Positions 48,489-59,446 of a stretch of DNA of 64,000 nt are shown one piece after another (position 1 is the first letter of the stretch; every line of letters starts with the position of its first letter). The notes beneath the pieces were generated by a model. It had not been told where the DNA came from. It saw only the letters and a program-made list of their open reading frames with translations, and made no database searches. The stretch covers positions 26,205-90,204 of the forward strand of contig JAILKJ010000039.1 of assembly GCA_024693845.1 (NCBI GenBank), written 5' to 3'. Source of the DNA: Lachnospiraceae bacterium (GTDB lineage Bacteria > Bacillota > Clostridia > Lachnospirales > Lachnospiraceae). Made by a program: the position numbers and the translations under genes.

Positions 48489-51400
48489 ATGAAAGGAAGA
48501 GCTATGTGGAAACGGATGTTGGCTATGCTTCTGTCTCTGATGCTGGTGCTGGGTGGCACAGGCTTCTCAGGGCTTAGTGTGTACGCGGATGAGACCGCTG
48601 AGACGGATGCAGAACTCATCGAGTCACCTGAATTGCAACAGGATGATGCAATAGATGCTGCAACAGACAGTATTGCAGATACCGAGAATCCTGATGTGGT
48701 GATAAATGATGAGATTACAGACGGTGAAGATGCTGTTACCGGCAGCGAGCCGGATGCGGAAGAGGAGTTGTCCGCCGAAGCGGAGGCAGATGCTTCGGAA
48801 GAAGACGCAGAGGATGCTCTGTCGGCGGAGGGAGAACCTGATGATCCGGAGGGAGAGCCTGAGGATGATCCCCCGATAATCCCTGAAGATATTAATATTC
48901 CGAACGTTACCATCAATGGTATAAGCTACAATTTTGTCATTGATGGAATTGATTTGTTTGGCATGGCTGATCAAGACAGCTGGCTTGTGATCGATTCCGG
49001 CCTGAAACATGATGATGATGGCAGAGTTTGCGGACTTGATACAGATGATGATAATGTAGCATCTCTTAATACCGGGCTTTCATTTGATGCGAAGGATACA
49101 CTGACGGCTTTCCTTGCGGTGGTATCCAAGGAGAATGACACGTATACCCTCACCCCTGCGACGAATCTGACGTCTTCTGTCGGCCTGGAAGTTGTAAGTT
49201 TTGCTGACTGCAAAGAGAATGAGTGCAGCCTCTATAAAGATGTACCGGGATTCTATCGTTTGACCGGAACCGTGATCAGCAAATCGCTTACCCTTACCTG
49301 CGGCAATACCACAATGAATGTGGAAAGCGGATACAGCAGATCCGGATGGTTGACAGATGGTTGGCTTTCAACAGGGGGCACTCCTGCTAGTAATTATATT
49401 TCCTATTTTTTGGGATCGCATTGTGTAAATATGACCTATGAACCGGGCGCACAAACTTATTATTTTATGTATCGTCAGCAGGATTATTCGGGCTCCTGTT
49501 ATAAAGTGTGTGATTCTCAGGGTGTGTCGATAAATAGTACGAGTATGCCTCAGTTTTACTTGAAAAACTGGGATGAAGAAAATGAGGAGGATATATTGAT
49601 CCCTTACGGGGATGAAGAATTCCCCGATGAGCTGCTTACCGTTACGCCGCATGAAGCTGTCAACATGGCCGACGGTTTATACAATGTGTTCCGTTTGGAT
49701 CTGGATGCTTCCTATGAGCCAAATAAGGGACAGATTGTGACTTTTATGAAGAATGGCTGGCTGGATAATGGCGAATGGAAGTATTCCACATATCCCGATA
49801 TTTTTGAGCTGAATATTGAATGCTCAGGCGGACTGCTTTTTGACTACCTGCAGTGGGTTGAGGGCGAAGATACCATTAAGGGGATCAACAGAAATGATCA
49901 AGGTAAACCCAACTGGGAAAAGGTCCTGAATATCGATGTTGAACACGATGATACTGTTTATATGGCCTATATCGACCAAGATGGCTCGGAGAAAACTGTT
50001 TCGGCGAATGAATTGTTGATTACGGATCTGAACGGAACCCCTATCAATGGTGATGAAGTCGTCGTAACCGCGAGCGATAAAAGAATCAGCCTTGACGAAG
50101 GTGAGCCGGAAAAAGGCTATATGACCATCCGTGCTAATGTAAGGGGGGATTATCGTATCGTTTATGCACCGACTAATTCTTCGATCCTCCTGCATGTAAT
50201 GGACGGCAGGATACAGTTTTTCGGCGCATATGATGAAACTAACGGACTTTCGGATCCGATTGATATCCCGAGAGACTCTTATACGCAATTAAAGAACTTC
50301 TATATCCGAATCAGGGCGAAAGAAGGTGAAAAACTGGATCCCGGAGATGATAACACTGTTTATATCGGGAGGGGTGACGAGAATACCGATCCCTGGCTGA
50401 TCCGCTTTGACTATGAAGACAGACTGGCCGAGTGTGTCGGGGCATCAATCATCTCCCAATCCGAGGAGGAAATCATAATCAAGTTTAGCAATGAACTTGA
50501 TGGTGCAAAGGGCGACGAGTTCGGCATGGAGATCCATGCACGTTTGAAAAATAATGAAGGTGATACCTACACGGATAACAAGTATATCCATGTCATGGGG
50601 AAGGTCAGCGGTCTCTGTGCCCGTGTGAGTGGGGATGAAAACATCATGCCCTTCAAGAAGAGGATTGATATTCTTCAGGGAGATACCGAGATCGAGCTTA
50701 AGATGGCGGATGAAAGCCCTCTTCCGCCTTATGAATTCCAGACCTGGAATATATGGGAAGAGGAAGATAAGGATTCCCACACTATGGTGCTTCGCGAGGA
50801 AAAGACCAAAGATATCAGTATCTGTAGGCAGAATGAAGGAGAATTCCTGATCACAGCTCCCAGAGGCGGTGATTTCAAGATCACGCTCGGCGACGAGGAG
50901 TTTTACGTTGGTGTAAACGGGATTGTAAACTATACGACGGACAGATCATACGCACTCAGTAATGATGATTATTGGGATGATGAGCATTGCTTTAATCCTC
51001 CTTACAGCAGGAAGATCACAGACGGCAAGAGTTTCTTTATCAGAATGCGGGGTGATGATTATCGAAAGATCAAGGAGGTTAAGTTTAACAGAATAGAAAC
51101 ACAGGTGTTTGGCGATTTCTATTCGTATGAAGTAGTTCCGTTTGGAAATTTTGTTAAAATAGTTAAATGCGATGACGCTGCTGATGACTGGACTGTATAT
51201 GAAGTGACCGTGCATGATTTTTTTTCTGAAAGAGGAGAGGAACAGGAAAGCGTTAAGCTGTACTTCGATGTGGAACTGGAGGAGGATTGGAATAGCGATA
51301 ATCCCCGCAGCGCAAAGATAAACAATACCTATGTCACTTTCACGCCCCAGCCCGTTCAGGAATTTGTTTTCAAGGACTGGATCGAATGGAAGGATGACAG

Positions 51401-54400
51401 GATCACAGGCGTGAATCCTGAGTGCAAGCCTGATACGGAGCGCTACATGGTAGCCGACAGCTGCGATCTTTGGCTGGGTCGTATGACAGATGAAACAGAT
51501 GAAAACGATGAGCCTGTTTATGAGCCGGTAACGGATGGCAGCAAGATCAGTATTTTGCCGCAAAACGATGCGGTTTCGATGGAAAGTCTTGCCGGTGAGT
51601 GTGTTGAGGGAGCCTCCGGGTTCTGGCGCTTCCGATTTGACCAGCCGGGTGAATATACTATTCAGCTTGACGGTGCGAAGAACAAGATCAAGGTGCATGT
51701 ATATCCCAGGGTCATGAGCCTGCAGGCTTCATGGGCCGGAGAAGGCATCGTCAATAGGGATTCCAATGTGACGTATGATGTATCTGATAACGGCAAAAAG
51801 CTTCGGATCAATCTCAATCCCGAGGGCAATAAGTTGTATTATCTGGGACTGAATGCATCTGCCTATGATGATGCTACGAATACGGATATGAGCATTACGG
51901 AGGATATATTTGAAATCGATCCTTCCGAGTGGCATTTCAGGATTGATGAAAACGGTACGCATATCTATGAGTTTGTCAAGAAAGCGGACTGGCCGGCTAC
52001 GATAGAGGTCGGGATCAAGGATTCCGCCTATGCGTTTAACAATTTCAGGGTTGACGCAGACATAGATTATACACACTTCCTAAACGATGAGGAAGGCAAT
52101 CGTTTTGACTTCCATGAAAACTGCGGCTTCAATATGGAGCGCAGATATATGACCCTCTCAGATGGCAGGGAACAGTGTGGTTATGCCGGGTCCTTCATTC
52201 TGCCGGAAGAGTACGAAGAGGGAGATCCCTGGCTTCATAATCATGACAGAGTCTGGGTTCATGCCTCCTCCGTACAGGGGGTCATCGATGCTCTGGATGA
52301 ACTGCGTAAGAATCCCCGGCCAATGTACAACGCTGACGGTACCAGGAAGAAGACCATTCCCAGCACCATGGCAGAAACCACTTCCTATATCTTTATCGTT
52401 GTCAGCCATAATGGGGACAAGACCCTTGCACCGAAGGAGTATCTGACGCTGCCTGACTGGGTAAAGGGAGCATTTTTCGACTCCGGACAGGATAATTACA
52501 GAACGATATCGGATGATACCTACCATACGACGGATACTTCTCTGGGAACTGAGCCTGTATATTATGAGGACAGCATTTTCAGAGTAAGTGACGCAGCGGC
52601 TGAGACCTGGGAGCTTCTTAATACGCCTAACAGACTTGTTGCCCTTTATGACGGCTATCTTTATGCGGTAAGTGAGAACTCGACCCGGAAGGCCGATACG
52701 GGATATGACTTCTACGAGATGGGCGAAAAGCTTACGGATACGCCTGCAAGCAAGCTTTACCTGGAGGACGATCAGCACAATATAATAAAGGCAGGCAGGA
52801 ATGGCGATGATGCTACGGTAGAAAGGATTATGACCCGTTCCTTCTATGAGTGGGAAGTTGATGCAGATGAGCAGGGGATTGCCCGAAATCTCTATAACAC
52901 CGATTTGATTTATGACATAGATGTATCAATTCCTCTGCACGAGCAGGATCTGAATAACAAGTATTTTACAAGAGTGATGATGGATCCGTTCTCCTTCCCG
53001 ATCCTCGTGATCTCTGCAGACAACGATCTGACGCTTCACGGACTCTTCGGCGCGCAGGATAGCGGAGAGAATAATCCTCAGCTGTATCTGACCAGAAATG
53101 AGGATGAGCAGGTTTCATCCGCTAACAGTGTGAAGGTCGTTACAGTCGGTCAAGATGGCAGGTTTATCCCCTCGATGCTGATAGATAGTAATAGCACGGA
53201 AGGAACCTACGCAATCAGCTGTGAAGCTAAAACAGAAGGCAATATAAACAAGAGCTATCTGAAGCTCAACGTGCTCAAGCCTGTTGTTACGGAAACGACG
53301 GTATATGATTCCTTCAAAGAGGCTTTCTCCGATGATGCGGCAGATCAGATCGGGATCGACCCCGGGAAAAATGCGACCGGAGACATCAATAATCTGATCT
53401 TATCTACGGAAGAGCAGGGCGGTACCGAAACCGGTATTTCGGATGCGATCGCCGATGCCGTTATGAGCGGTGAAGAGCTGGAACTGAAACTGGAAGCCAG
53501 CGGAGTGGCGGCAAATGATGCGAATTATGCTGCGGATATCGCGGGTATCAATAGCGGCATAGCAAGCGATGTTGCTCCGGAGGACGGATCGCCTGAGCCG
53601 GTATTTGTGGATCTGAAGCTGAAGGCCGGTATTAAGGATAGCAACACCATAGCAAGTTCGACGATCACAAAGCTTCGTAATGAGATGGAGATCGTACTGC
53701 CGATACCGCGTTCCATGAGAAATAAGGATCTTAGCTGCATTTATGTTTTGGCAATGCATAACGGTGTGCTGCGGGTCAGCATGGCAAAGGTGGATTGGAC
53801 CCAAAACACGTTGTCCTTTATGTCCGACAGATTCTCTACCTTTGGCCTGGTAGGAACCAAGGAATCCAAGTTCGAAAAGGATAATCAGGCTGTAGCTGAT
53901 GCTTTGAAAAATGCGAGCTGGTCATTAGACGGTAAAAAAGTAAACGCAGACGCTGCCGTCATCTCCTATGACGGAGACGAGCATGTGATCGGAGTCAGCG
54001 CAAACGATGTACCGGCTAATGTTACCTTCCTTGTTAGAACAACAGGTCCTAAGGGCGGTATTGTTACCAAGGCAGCCGGGACCGGAACATATCATGCTGA
54101 TTTTGCCGGTGTCACTATCGGCGATAAAACATACGTGGCAGGCAAAGATTTTGAGCTTCCGGCTAAGAACCCGCTGGCACAGGGCTTTGAGTTGACGATA
54201 GATGCGATCGATCTGTCGACCTATAGCCTGAACTGGACCGGTAACTGCACGTATGCGTATAATGATTCACTCATTACACCGGAAGTTATACTTTCAATCC
54301 CGGATGAGATCGCGAAATATCTGACCCTCAAGTATCAGGATGATCTGGAAGCTGAGGAGCCCGGACAATATGTCAAGACAGCGCTTGTTCAGGTCAAGGA

Positions 54401-55265
54401 AGCATACAAGGACGGACTTGCCAAGCACGCTGACGGTCAGGTGAAGATGCCTGAATATGAGGAAGGTGTACTTTGGAGGATCATTTGTGATGTCCATAGT
54501 AAGACGCATCTGGTAGGCAAGAAGGATCCTTCTCTTACCGAAGAAGGGTATACCGGTGATCTGGTTTGCGATATCTGCGGGGATATTGTTCAGTATGGTA
54601 AGACCATTTCGAAATTGAAGCCTGCGCAGCCTGCTGATTCCGGAAACGGACAGCCTTCCGTAACACCTGTAAAGGCCGGAGATCCTGTTTCCGATGCAAA
54701 CGGCACTTACAAAGTTACGGATACGAAGGAAAAGACCGTGACCTTCACCGGAAATAAGGATGCAAGCGGATCGGTAACGGTACCTGCTACCATGAAGATC
54801 GGAAAGGATTCCTATGCGGTAACAGAGATTGCGGCAGGCGCCTTCAAGGGTAACACCAAGATCACAAGCGTTACGATCGGTGCCAATATCAAGGTCATCG
54901 GTGCCAATGCCTTCAACAAGTGCAGCAAGCTGAAGTCCTTCAAGGCAAAGGGAAATAAGATCACTACGATCGGAGACGGTGCTTTCCAGGGTGCCAAGAA
55001 CATGAAGAGTATTGATCTTTCCAAGCAGAAGCTTACGAAGGTGGGCAAAAATGCCTTCAGCGGCTCCGGCGCTACCAAGATCAAGCTGAATGTCAATTCT
55101 CTTAAGAGCATCGGCAAGGGTGCTCTGAAGAACGTCGGCAACAAGAAGAAGGTAACGGTTACCCTCTATGCCAAGGACAAGAAGACCTATAATAATGCAG
55201 TCAAGAAGTTTAAGAAGGGCAAGGGCAGCGCGAAACTGACCTTCAAATTCAAGAAAAAGAAATAA
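48489..55265 (+). CDS. giant secreted surface protein (2258 aa) with acidic N-terminal spacer, many divergent Ig-like-looking modules, C-terminal BspA-type LRR and polylysine tail
   Basis: RBS AAAGGAGG. Signal peptide MKGRAMWKRMLAMLLSLMLVLGG..VYADE. Uninterrupted 6.8-kb frame. C-terminus ..KGKGSAKLTFKFKKKK. Confidence 0.85.
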   Translation: MKGRAMWKRMLAMLLSLMLVLGGTGFSGLSVYADETAETDAELIESPELQQDDAIDAATDSIADTENPDVVINDEITDGEDAVTGSEPDAEEELSAEAEADASEEDAEDALSAEGEPDDPEGEPEDDPPIIPEDINIPNVTINGISYNFVIDGIDLFGMADQDSWLVIDSGLKHDDDGRVCGLDTDDDNVASLNTGLSFDAKDTLTAFLAVVSKENDTYTLTPATNLTSSVGLEVVSFADCKENECSLYKDVPGFYRLTGTVISKSLTLTCGNTTMNVESGYSRSGWLTDGWLSTGGTPASNYISYFLGSHCVNMTYEPGAQTYYFMYRQQDYSGSCYKVCDSQGVSINSTSMPQFYLKNWDEENEEDILIPYGDEEFPDELLTVTPHEAVNMADGLYNVFRLDLDASYEPNKGQIVTFMKNGWLDNGEWKYSTYPDIFELNIECSGGLLFDYLQWVEGEDTIKGINRNDQGKPNWEKVLNIDVEHDDTVYMAYIDQDGSEKTVSANELLITDLNGTPINGDEVVVTASDKRISLDEGEPEKGYMTIRANVRGDYRIVYAPTNSSILLHVMDGRIQFFGAYDETNGLSDPIDIPRDSYTQLKNFYIRIRAKEGEKLDPGDDNTVYIGRGDENTDPWLIRFDYEDRLAECVGASIISQSEEEIIIKFSNELDGAKGDEFGMEIHARLKNNEGDTYTDNKYIHVMGKVSGLCARVSGDENIMPFKKRIDILQGDTEIELKMADESPLPPYEFQTWNIWEEEDKDSHTMVLREEKTKDISICRQNEGEFLITAPRGGDFKITLGDEEFYVGVNGIVNYTTDRSYALSNDDYWDDEHCFNPPYSRKITDGKSFFIRMRGDDYRKIKEVKFNRIETQVFGDFYSYEVVPFGNFVKIVKCDDAADDWTVYEVTVHDFFSERGEEQESVKLYFDVELEEDWNSDNPRSAKINNTYVTFTPQPVQEFVFKDWIEWKDDRITGVNPECKPDTERYMVADSCDLWLGRMTDETDENDEPVYEPVTDGSKISILPQNDAVSMESLAGECVEGASGFWRFRFDQPGEYTIQLDGAKNKIKVHVYPRVMSLQASWAGEGIVNRDSNVTYDVSDNGKKLRINLNPEGNKLYYLGLNASAYDDATNTDMSITEDIFEIDPSEWHFRIDENGTHIYEFVKKADWPATIEVGIKDSAYAFNNFRVDADIDYTHFLNDEEGNRFDFHENCGFNMERRYMTLSDGREQCGYAGSFILPEEYEEGDPWLHNHDRVWVHASSVQGVIDALDELRKNPRPMYNADGTRKKTIPSTMAETTSYIFIVVSHNGDKTLAPKEYLTLPDWVKGAFFDSGQDNYRTISDDTYHTTDTSLGTEPVYYEDSIFRVSDAAAETWELLNTPNRLVALYDGYLYAVSENSTRKADTGYDFYEMGEKLTDTPASKLYLEDDQHNIIKAGRNGDDATVERIMTRSFYEWEVDADEQGIARNLYNTDLIYDIDVSIPLHEQDLNNKYFTRVMMDPFSFPILVISADNDLTLHGLFGAQDSGENNPQLYLTRNEDEQVSSANSVKVVTVGQDGRFIPSMLIDSNSTEGTYAISCEAKTEGNINKSYLKLNVLKPVVTETTVYDSFKEAFSDDAADQIGIDPGKNATGDINNLILSTEEQGGTETGISDAIADAVMSGEELELKLEASGVAANDANYAADIAGINSGIASDVAPEDGSPEPVFVDLKLKAGIKDSNTIASSTITKLRNEMEIVLPIPRSMRNKDLSCIYVLAMHNGVLRVSMAKVDWTQNTLSFMSDRFSTFGLVGTKESKFEKDNQAVADALKNASWSLDGKKVNADAAVISYDGDEHVIGVSANDVPANVTFLVRTTGPKGGIVTKAAGTGTYHADFAGVTIGDKTYVAGKDFELPAKNPLAQGFELTIDAIDLSTYSLNWTGNCTYAYNDSLITPEVILSIPDEIAKYLTLKYQDDLEAEEPGQYVKTALVQVKEAYKDGLAKHADGQVKMPEYEEGVLWRIICDVHSKTHLVGKKDPSLTEEGYTGDLVCDICGDIVQYGKTISKLKPAQPADSGNGQPSVTPVKAGDPVSDANGTYKVTDTKEKTVTFTGNKDASGSVTVPATMKIGKDSYAVTEIAAGAFKGNTKITSVTIGANIKVIGANAFNKCSKLKSFKAKGNKITTIGDGAFQGAKNMKSIDLSKQKLTKVGKNAFSGSGATKIKLNVNSLKSIGKGALKNVGNKKKVTVTLYAKDKKTYNNAVKKFKKGKGSAKLTFKFKKKK

Positions 55266-55277
55266 GCAATACCTGCA

Positions 55278-55305
55278 AGAGGCGCTTCCGATCGGAAGCG
55301 CCTCT
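55278..55305 (+). terminator. stem-loop after the giant gene (weak U-tract)
   Basis: AGAGGCGCTTCC-GATC-GGAAGCGCCTCT 12-bp stem. Confidence 0.6.
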
Positions 55306-55361
55306 TCCTAATTCAGCCACGTAACCGTTTAAGTAAAAAAAGCGAGCATTTAAGGAGCCGT

Positions 55362-55372
55362 TGTGGTATAAT
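55362..55372 (+). promoter_or_regulatory. extended -10 promoter element TGTGGTATAAT
   Basis: The same 11-mer as at 47793 and 59493. 49 nt upstream of ATG 55421. Confidence 0.55.
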
Positions 55373-55420
55373 GTGGGCAGATGCGGTATGGTCCGCACAA
55401 TGCAAAGGAGGGCATAATAT

Positions 55421-58400
55421 ATGAAAGGGAAGTCTGTATGGAAACGAATGATGGCGATGTTTCTGTCGCTGGCAATGGTGCTGACTTCAGGAGTGTTTAG
55501 CTCTGTTGGCGTCAACGCTTCTTGGTTTGATCCAACCAAAGAAGATGAAAGTGATGGATCGGCCTTTGGCCTGGTCTTTAGAAGAGTATGGAAAGACAAT
55601 GGCGTGTGGGCAAGTGATGAGGATTGGTCAGAGTATCGCGACAGGGAATATCTGCCCGGTAATTACTATGAGTTTACCTATAAGCAAACGCCGGATTCTG
55701 ATCCGGTCCCTGTTTCGGCTAATGATCTTCAGATCATGTTTTACAACGAGGCTGAGGTTGTACCGGATGAAGGCGGCCATTATGACCCCAGATTCTTTCT
55801 TTTAGAGCCTGAAAAACCATTCGGTGGTGAAGATCCGGAAGAACCGGAAGAACCGGAAGAAGCGCTTGGTCGGCCTGTTGATGCCGAGAGCATATTTAAA
55901 GATGGTGTTTTCGAACTTCGTCCTGATGAAGAGGGTTGGTATGTTATTTTCCTGAAGGACCTTCAGAAATATGATCCGGATTTTGAGAAAATTTCCGATA
56001 ATGATGCAGATTACACGTATGGAAAGACTATAAGCGGAGACTATATGAACTGGGATGATGATAATCCGGATCATATCAGATACGTCAAAGATACTGAGGT
56101 AATGGCGACGCTGCACTTTTGTAATCCCTTAGTCAGCTTCGTTGATAAAACTTCCGGTTGGCTGGACAATGGCGGAGATTGGAATATTGATTATCAAAGT
56201 GAGAGCCCTGACGACTTATTATATCTCATACTCTCTGATGAGGATAATTGGGAGCCTTATTCCGACACCACTGATGATTTTGATGGTAACGATGGGGAGT
56301 TTGTAGTAGAACAGGACGGACGTAAAACCTTCGGAACACTTAAGGACGGAGAGAAGGTCGGTGATTATTTCACCGTTAAAGCTTTAACAACTCCGGGGTG
56401 GTATCAGCTGATATTTGATCCTGACACGAGACATAATGAGTTCAGGATCAGGTTTAATTATCAAAACAAAGATAATAATGTGTGGAGAGAAGAAGCTAAT
56501 CTGAATATTCACATTAAAACCAGGCCCTATAATGCCATGTATCCCAGCTGGGTGGATTATGAAGATCAAGGCGCCCTGTTCATGGAAAATGGTGCTCCGG
56601 GCGAGTATATAAAAGATGAGAATGGCTCTTGGGTCTTAGGTCAGAAAAAGCTCGAAACCCAGATCGGTATCGATTTCAAGGGGGCTGATTTCTGGCTGGG
56701 TTATCATGATGTTTCAACGGACAAGTACATGGCCTTGACTGATCCGGCTAAGCTGAAGGTGGATTATTATTCTGACAGAAACGATTATGATAACGGACAG
56801 GCGGCCGAGAAGACAAATGTGGCGGCAATATCCGAGTCCGGTGAGGCAAATATGATCCATTTCGATCCGGTTTATGAAAGAGGCTTTTATGTCATTACCT
56901 ATTTGGAGGATATCACCTGCCCTGCTTTTGTAGAAGTAAGCTATCCGGGCATGGCTCTTTACAGCACTAAGGAAGCCGCGAGAGAGAATGCTATCGACTC
57001 CGACAATATCAAGCTGATCTCCGGAAACGATGTCACCTACGATTTCGGGGTCTATGAATCCTATTGGGATGAAAAGATTCAGAATGAAGTATTTCTTGAT
57101 CTTGATTCCATAGAGGTAATCAGAAAAACAGACGAAGGAGAACAAAGTGAGGACCTGGGATTTAATGCAAGACTTGGTACCTTTTCTTTGAGCGGCAAAT
57201 ATAGTAATTTCGACGTGGCCGATTATGTCGAGATCACCAGATCGCCTGAGACGGTTTCGTTTAACTCGGCTGAACCGAACTGGTTCAATGTTACCCTGAA
57301 GGCTCCCGAAGAGGGCAGTTATGATGTGAGATTCTATATTCAGAGACCGGATAGAATTTCGGAATACGGCGTTCATGTTACTGTTATGCAGGATAATCAG
57401 ATCTGTATCTACAGTGATGAGTTTGAAAACCCTGAAGAACCGATAGGGTATAGATATGCCTTCAGAGCCATCAATCCACTCGGTTTGGACTTTCGTCTCA
57501 CCCGTGTGACGTCTGAAAACGGTAAGACGGTTGAGAAGAAACTCACGGAAGAGCAGCTGAAGACCTTTAGCCTTTTTACACGCTTTAAAGTTTCCAAGGA
57601 AAATGGCAGAGATGAGTATTTAGATGACTGGCTTCCCGAAGATAGGATCGAAGCTGTGGATCCTAAATTTGCTGAAATGGAAGTGTTGGGTGATGGAAAG
57701 ATCCGGATCCTTCCGAAACAACAGAGTAAACAATGGATCCTGGCTTCCGATGCTCTTAAATACAGTTTCGAATTCGAAACCGTACAGCCCGGCATCGGCT
57801 TCTTCACTTCCGATTACAGACCGGATGTATACTATGGTATGCCTGAAGTTATGAACGAGTGGACTGGTGACTGTGAGACGGTATATGAGATCCCGGGCAA
57901 GAAGACCACCAAGCCTCGGGCTGAGTACCTTTGGGTATGGTCCGATCCGGCTGACGGATATAGTGCAGTTTCGGGAAATACGGTACTGTCTGTTAAGGGT
58001 AAGGAATCTGCAGACGGTTACGTTCTCAGTCAGGGAGAGGTTCAGTTCGGCCGTAATGAGATCAATACCGACAGGATCAACTATTCCGGTTATTCTGTCG
58101 AGCTTACGGATCAGGCGGCAGAGGATTATACTCTTGTTGTAGATACAGATAAATACGGTGACAATTACCGTTGGTATGGAGACATCAATATCCTTGAGGA
58201 AGATTATGCTGGATGGGATCAAGGCGGAAAGGATGAGTGGAACGATCACTTTAGTAGTGGTAAAAGAATTCCTAATTGGTCGGTTCTTAAAGAAGTTCTT
58301 ACGTCGTCTAGAGTTAAGAAGTATACCCCTTCCGAAGACGGTACGTCTATGGTTGAAGTAGAACCCACTGAAGACATGCATAACCTCTACGTTTTCTGGG

Positions 58401-59437
58401 ATAGAGTTGAAGACGATATGCTGCATGAGACCTATGAGTATGAGGTTCATGTTGAGAAGTTCAAAGAGCTCAAGGTTACGGCCAATCCCACCAAGACTGC
58501 TTACACCGAAGGTGATACCTTTAACAAGGCTGGTCTGAAGGTGATGGCATACTATGAGGATCCTGCTGCAGAACCCGTAGATGTGACAAACTATGTGAAG
58601 TTACCTTCAGCAGCCCTTAAGACCTCTGATAAGAGCGTTATGATCACCTATGAAGGAATCGGCGGAACGCTGAACACCTCCGTTGCCGTAAACGTAACTG
58701 CTAAGCAGATCACACCTGCCACACCCGCAGTAAACCCTACGCCTGAGGGCAAGGAGGTTGAGGTGGCATCCGGCGGAAGTACGAACAGTGAGTACAAGGT
58801 TACGGAGTCCGGAAGCTCGAGCGAATCCGGTGCAGTAGTCTACGAAGGCGAGAAGACGGATACAGCCACCAATGTAACGATTCCTGACACGATCAAAGGT
58901 AAGGACGGCGTGGTTTATAAGGTAACCGAGATCGCTGATGGCGCCATGAAGGGCAATGCCAAGGTTACCAACGTTACGATTGGTGCCAATGTTGAGGTCA
59001 TCGGTGCAGGAGCCTTTGAAGGTGCATCGAATCTTAAGAACGTTACCGCAGGTGCGAACGTGACCACCATCAAGAAGAATGCCTTTAATAAGTGCGCAAA
59101 GATGACCAGCTTCAAGGCAAAAGGAAGCAAGATCACCACGATCGGGGATGGCGCTTTCCAGGGCACCAAGAAGATGAAGATCGCTGATTTTTCCAAGCAG
59201 AAGCTTAAGAAGATCGGTAAGAATGCTTTCAGCGGCTCCGGCGTTACCAAGATCAAGATTAACGCCAATGCACTTAAGACCGTCGGCAAAGGTGCTCTGA
59301 AGAACGCCGGCAACAAGAAGAAGGTAACGGTTACCGTCTATGCCAAGAGCAAAAAGATAGCCGAGAAGGCAATCAAGAAGCTTAAGAAGGGTAAAGGCAG
59401 CAGTAAGATCACCTTCAAGTTTAAGAAAAAGAAATAA
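55421..59437 (+). CDS. large secreted surface protein (1338 aa), paralogous ends to the 2258-aa protein; contains a Big_3-like Ig domain, BspA-type LRR and polylysine tail
   Basis: RBS AAAGGAGGG. Signal peptide MKGKSVWKRMMAMFLSLAMVL. LKVTANPTKTAYTEGDTFNKAGLKVMAYYED Ig-like segment. C-terminus ..KGKGSSKITFKFKKKK. Confidence 0.85.
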   Translation: MKGKSVWKRMMAMFLSLAMVLTSGVFSSVGVNASWFDPTKEDESDGSAFGLVFRRVWKDNGVWASDEDWSEYRDREYLPGNYYEFTYKQTPDSDPVPVSANDLQIMFYNEAEVVPDEGGHYDPRFFLLEPEKPFGGEDPEEPEEPEEALGRPVDAESIFKDGVFELRPDEEGWYVIFLKDLQKYDPDFEKISDNDADYTYGKTISGDYMNWDDDNPDHIRYVKDTEVMATLHFCNPLVSFVDKTSGWLDNGGDWNIDYQSESPDDLLYLILSDEDNWEPYSDTTDDFDGNDGEFVVEQDGRKTFGTLKDGEKVGDYFTVKALTTPGWYQLIFDPDTRHNEFRIRFNYQNKDNNVWREEANLNIHIKTRPYNAMYPSWVDYEDQGALFMENGAPGEYIKDENGSWVLGQKKLETQIGIDFKGADFWLGYHDVSTDKYMALTDPAKLKVDYYSDRNDYDNGQAAEKTNVAAISESGEANMIHFDPVYERGFYVITYLEDITCPAFVEVSYPGMALYSTKEAARENAIDSDNIKLISGNDVTYDFGVYESYWDEKIQNEVFLDLDSIEVIRKTDEGEQSEDLGFNARLGTFSLSGKYSNFDVADYVEITRSPETVSFNSAEPNWFNVTLKAPEEGSYDVRFYIQRPDRISEYGVHVTVMQDNQICIYSDEFENPEEPIGYRYAFRAINPLGLDFRLTRVTSENGKTVEKKLTEEQLKTFSLFTRFKVSKENGRDEYLDDWLPEDRIEAVDPKFAEMEVLGDGKIRILPKQQSKQWILASDALKYSFEFETVQPGIGFFTSDYRPDVYYGMPEVMNEWTGDCETVYEIPGKKTTKPRAEYLWVWSDPADGYSAVSGNTVLSVKGKESADGYVLSQGEVQFGRNEINTDRINYSGYSVELTDQAAEDYTLVVDTDKYGDNYRWYGDINILEEDYAGWDQGGKDEWNDHFSSGKRIPNWSVLKEVLTSSRVKKYTPSEDGTSMVEVEPTEDMHNLYVFWDRVEDDMLHETYEYEVHVEKFKELKVTANPTKTAYTEGDTFNKAGLKVMAYYEDPAAEPVDVTNYVKLPSAALKTSDKSVMITYEGIGGTLNTSVAVNVTAKQITPATPAVNPTPEGKEVEVASGGSTNSEYKVTESGSSSESGAVVYEGEKTDTATNVTIPDTIKGKDGVVYKVTEIADGAMKGNAKVTNVTIGANVEVIGAGAFEGASNLKNVTAGANVTTIKKNAFNKCAKMTSFKAKGSKITTIGDGAFQGTKKMKIADFSKQKLKKIGKNAFSGSGVTKIKINANALKTVGKGALKNAGNKKKVTVTVYAKSKKIAEKAIKKLKKGKGSSKITFKFKKKK

Positions 59438-59446
59438 GTAAAAGCA

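Noticed and set aside
48368-48916. Ser/Ala-rich 182-aa ORF on the minus strand
   Set aside because: It is the antisense reading of the Asp/Glu-rich spacer of the giant protein (GAx codons read as xTC/Ser). It has no start context.
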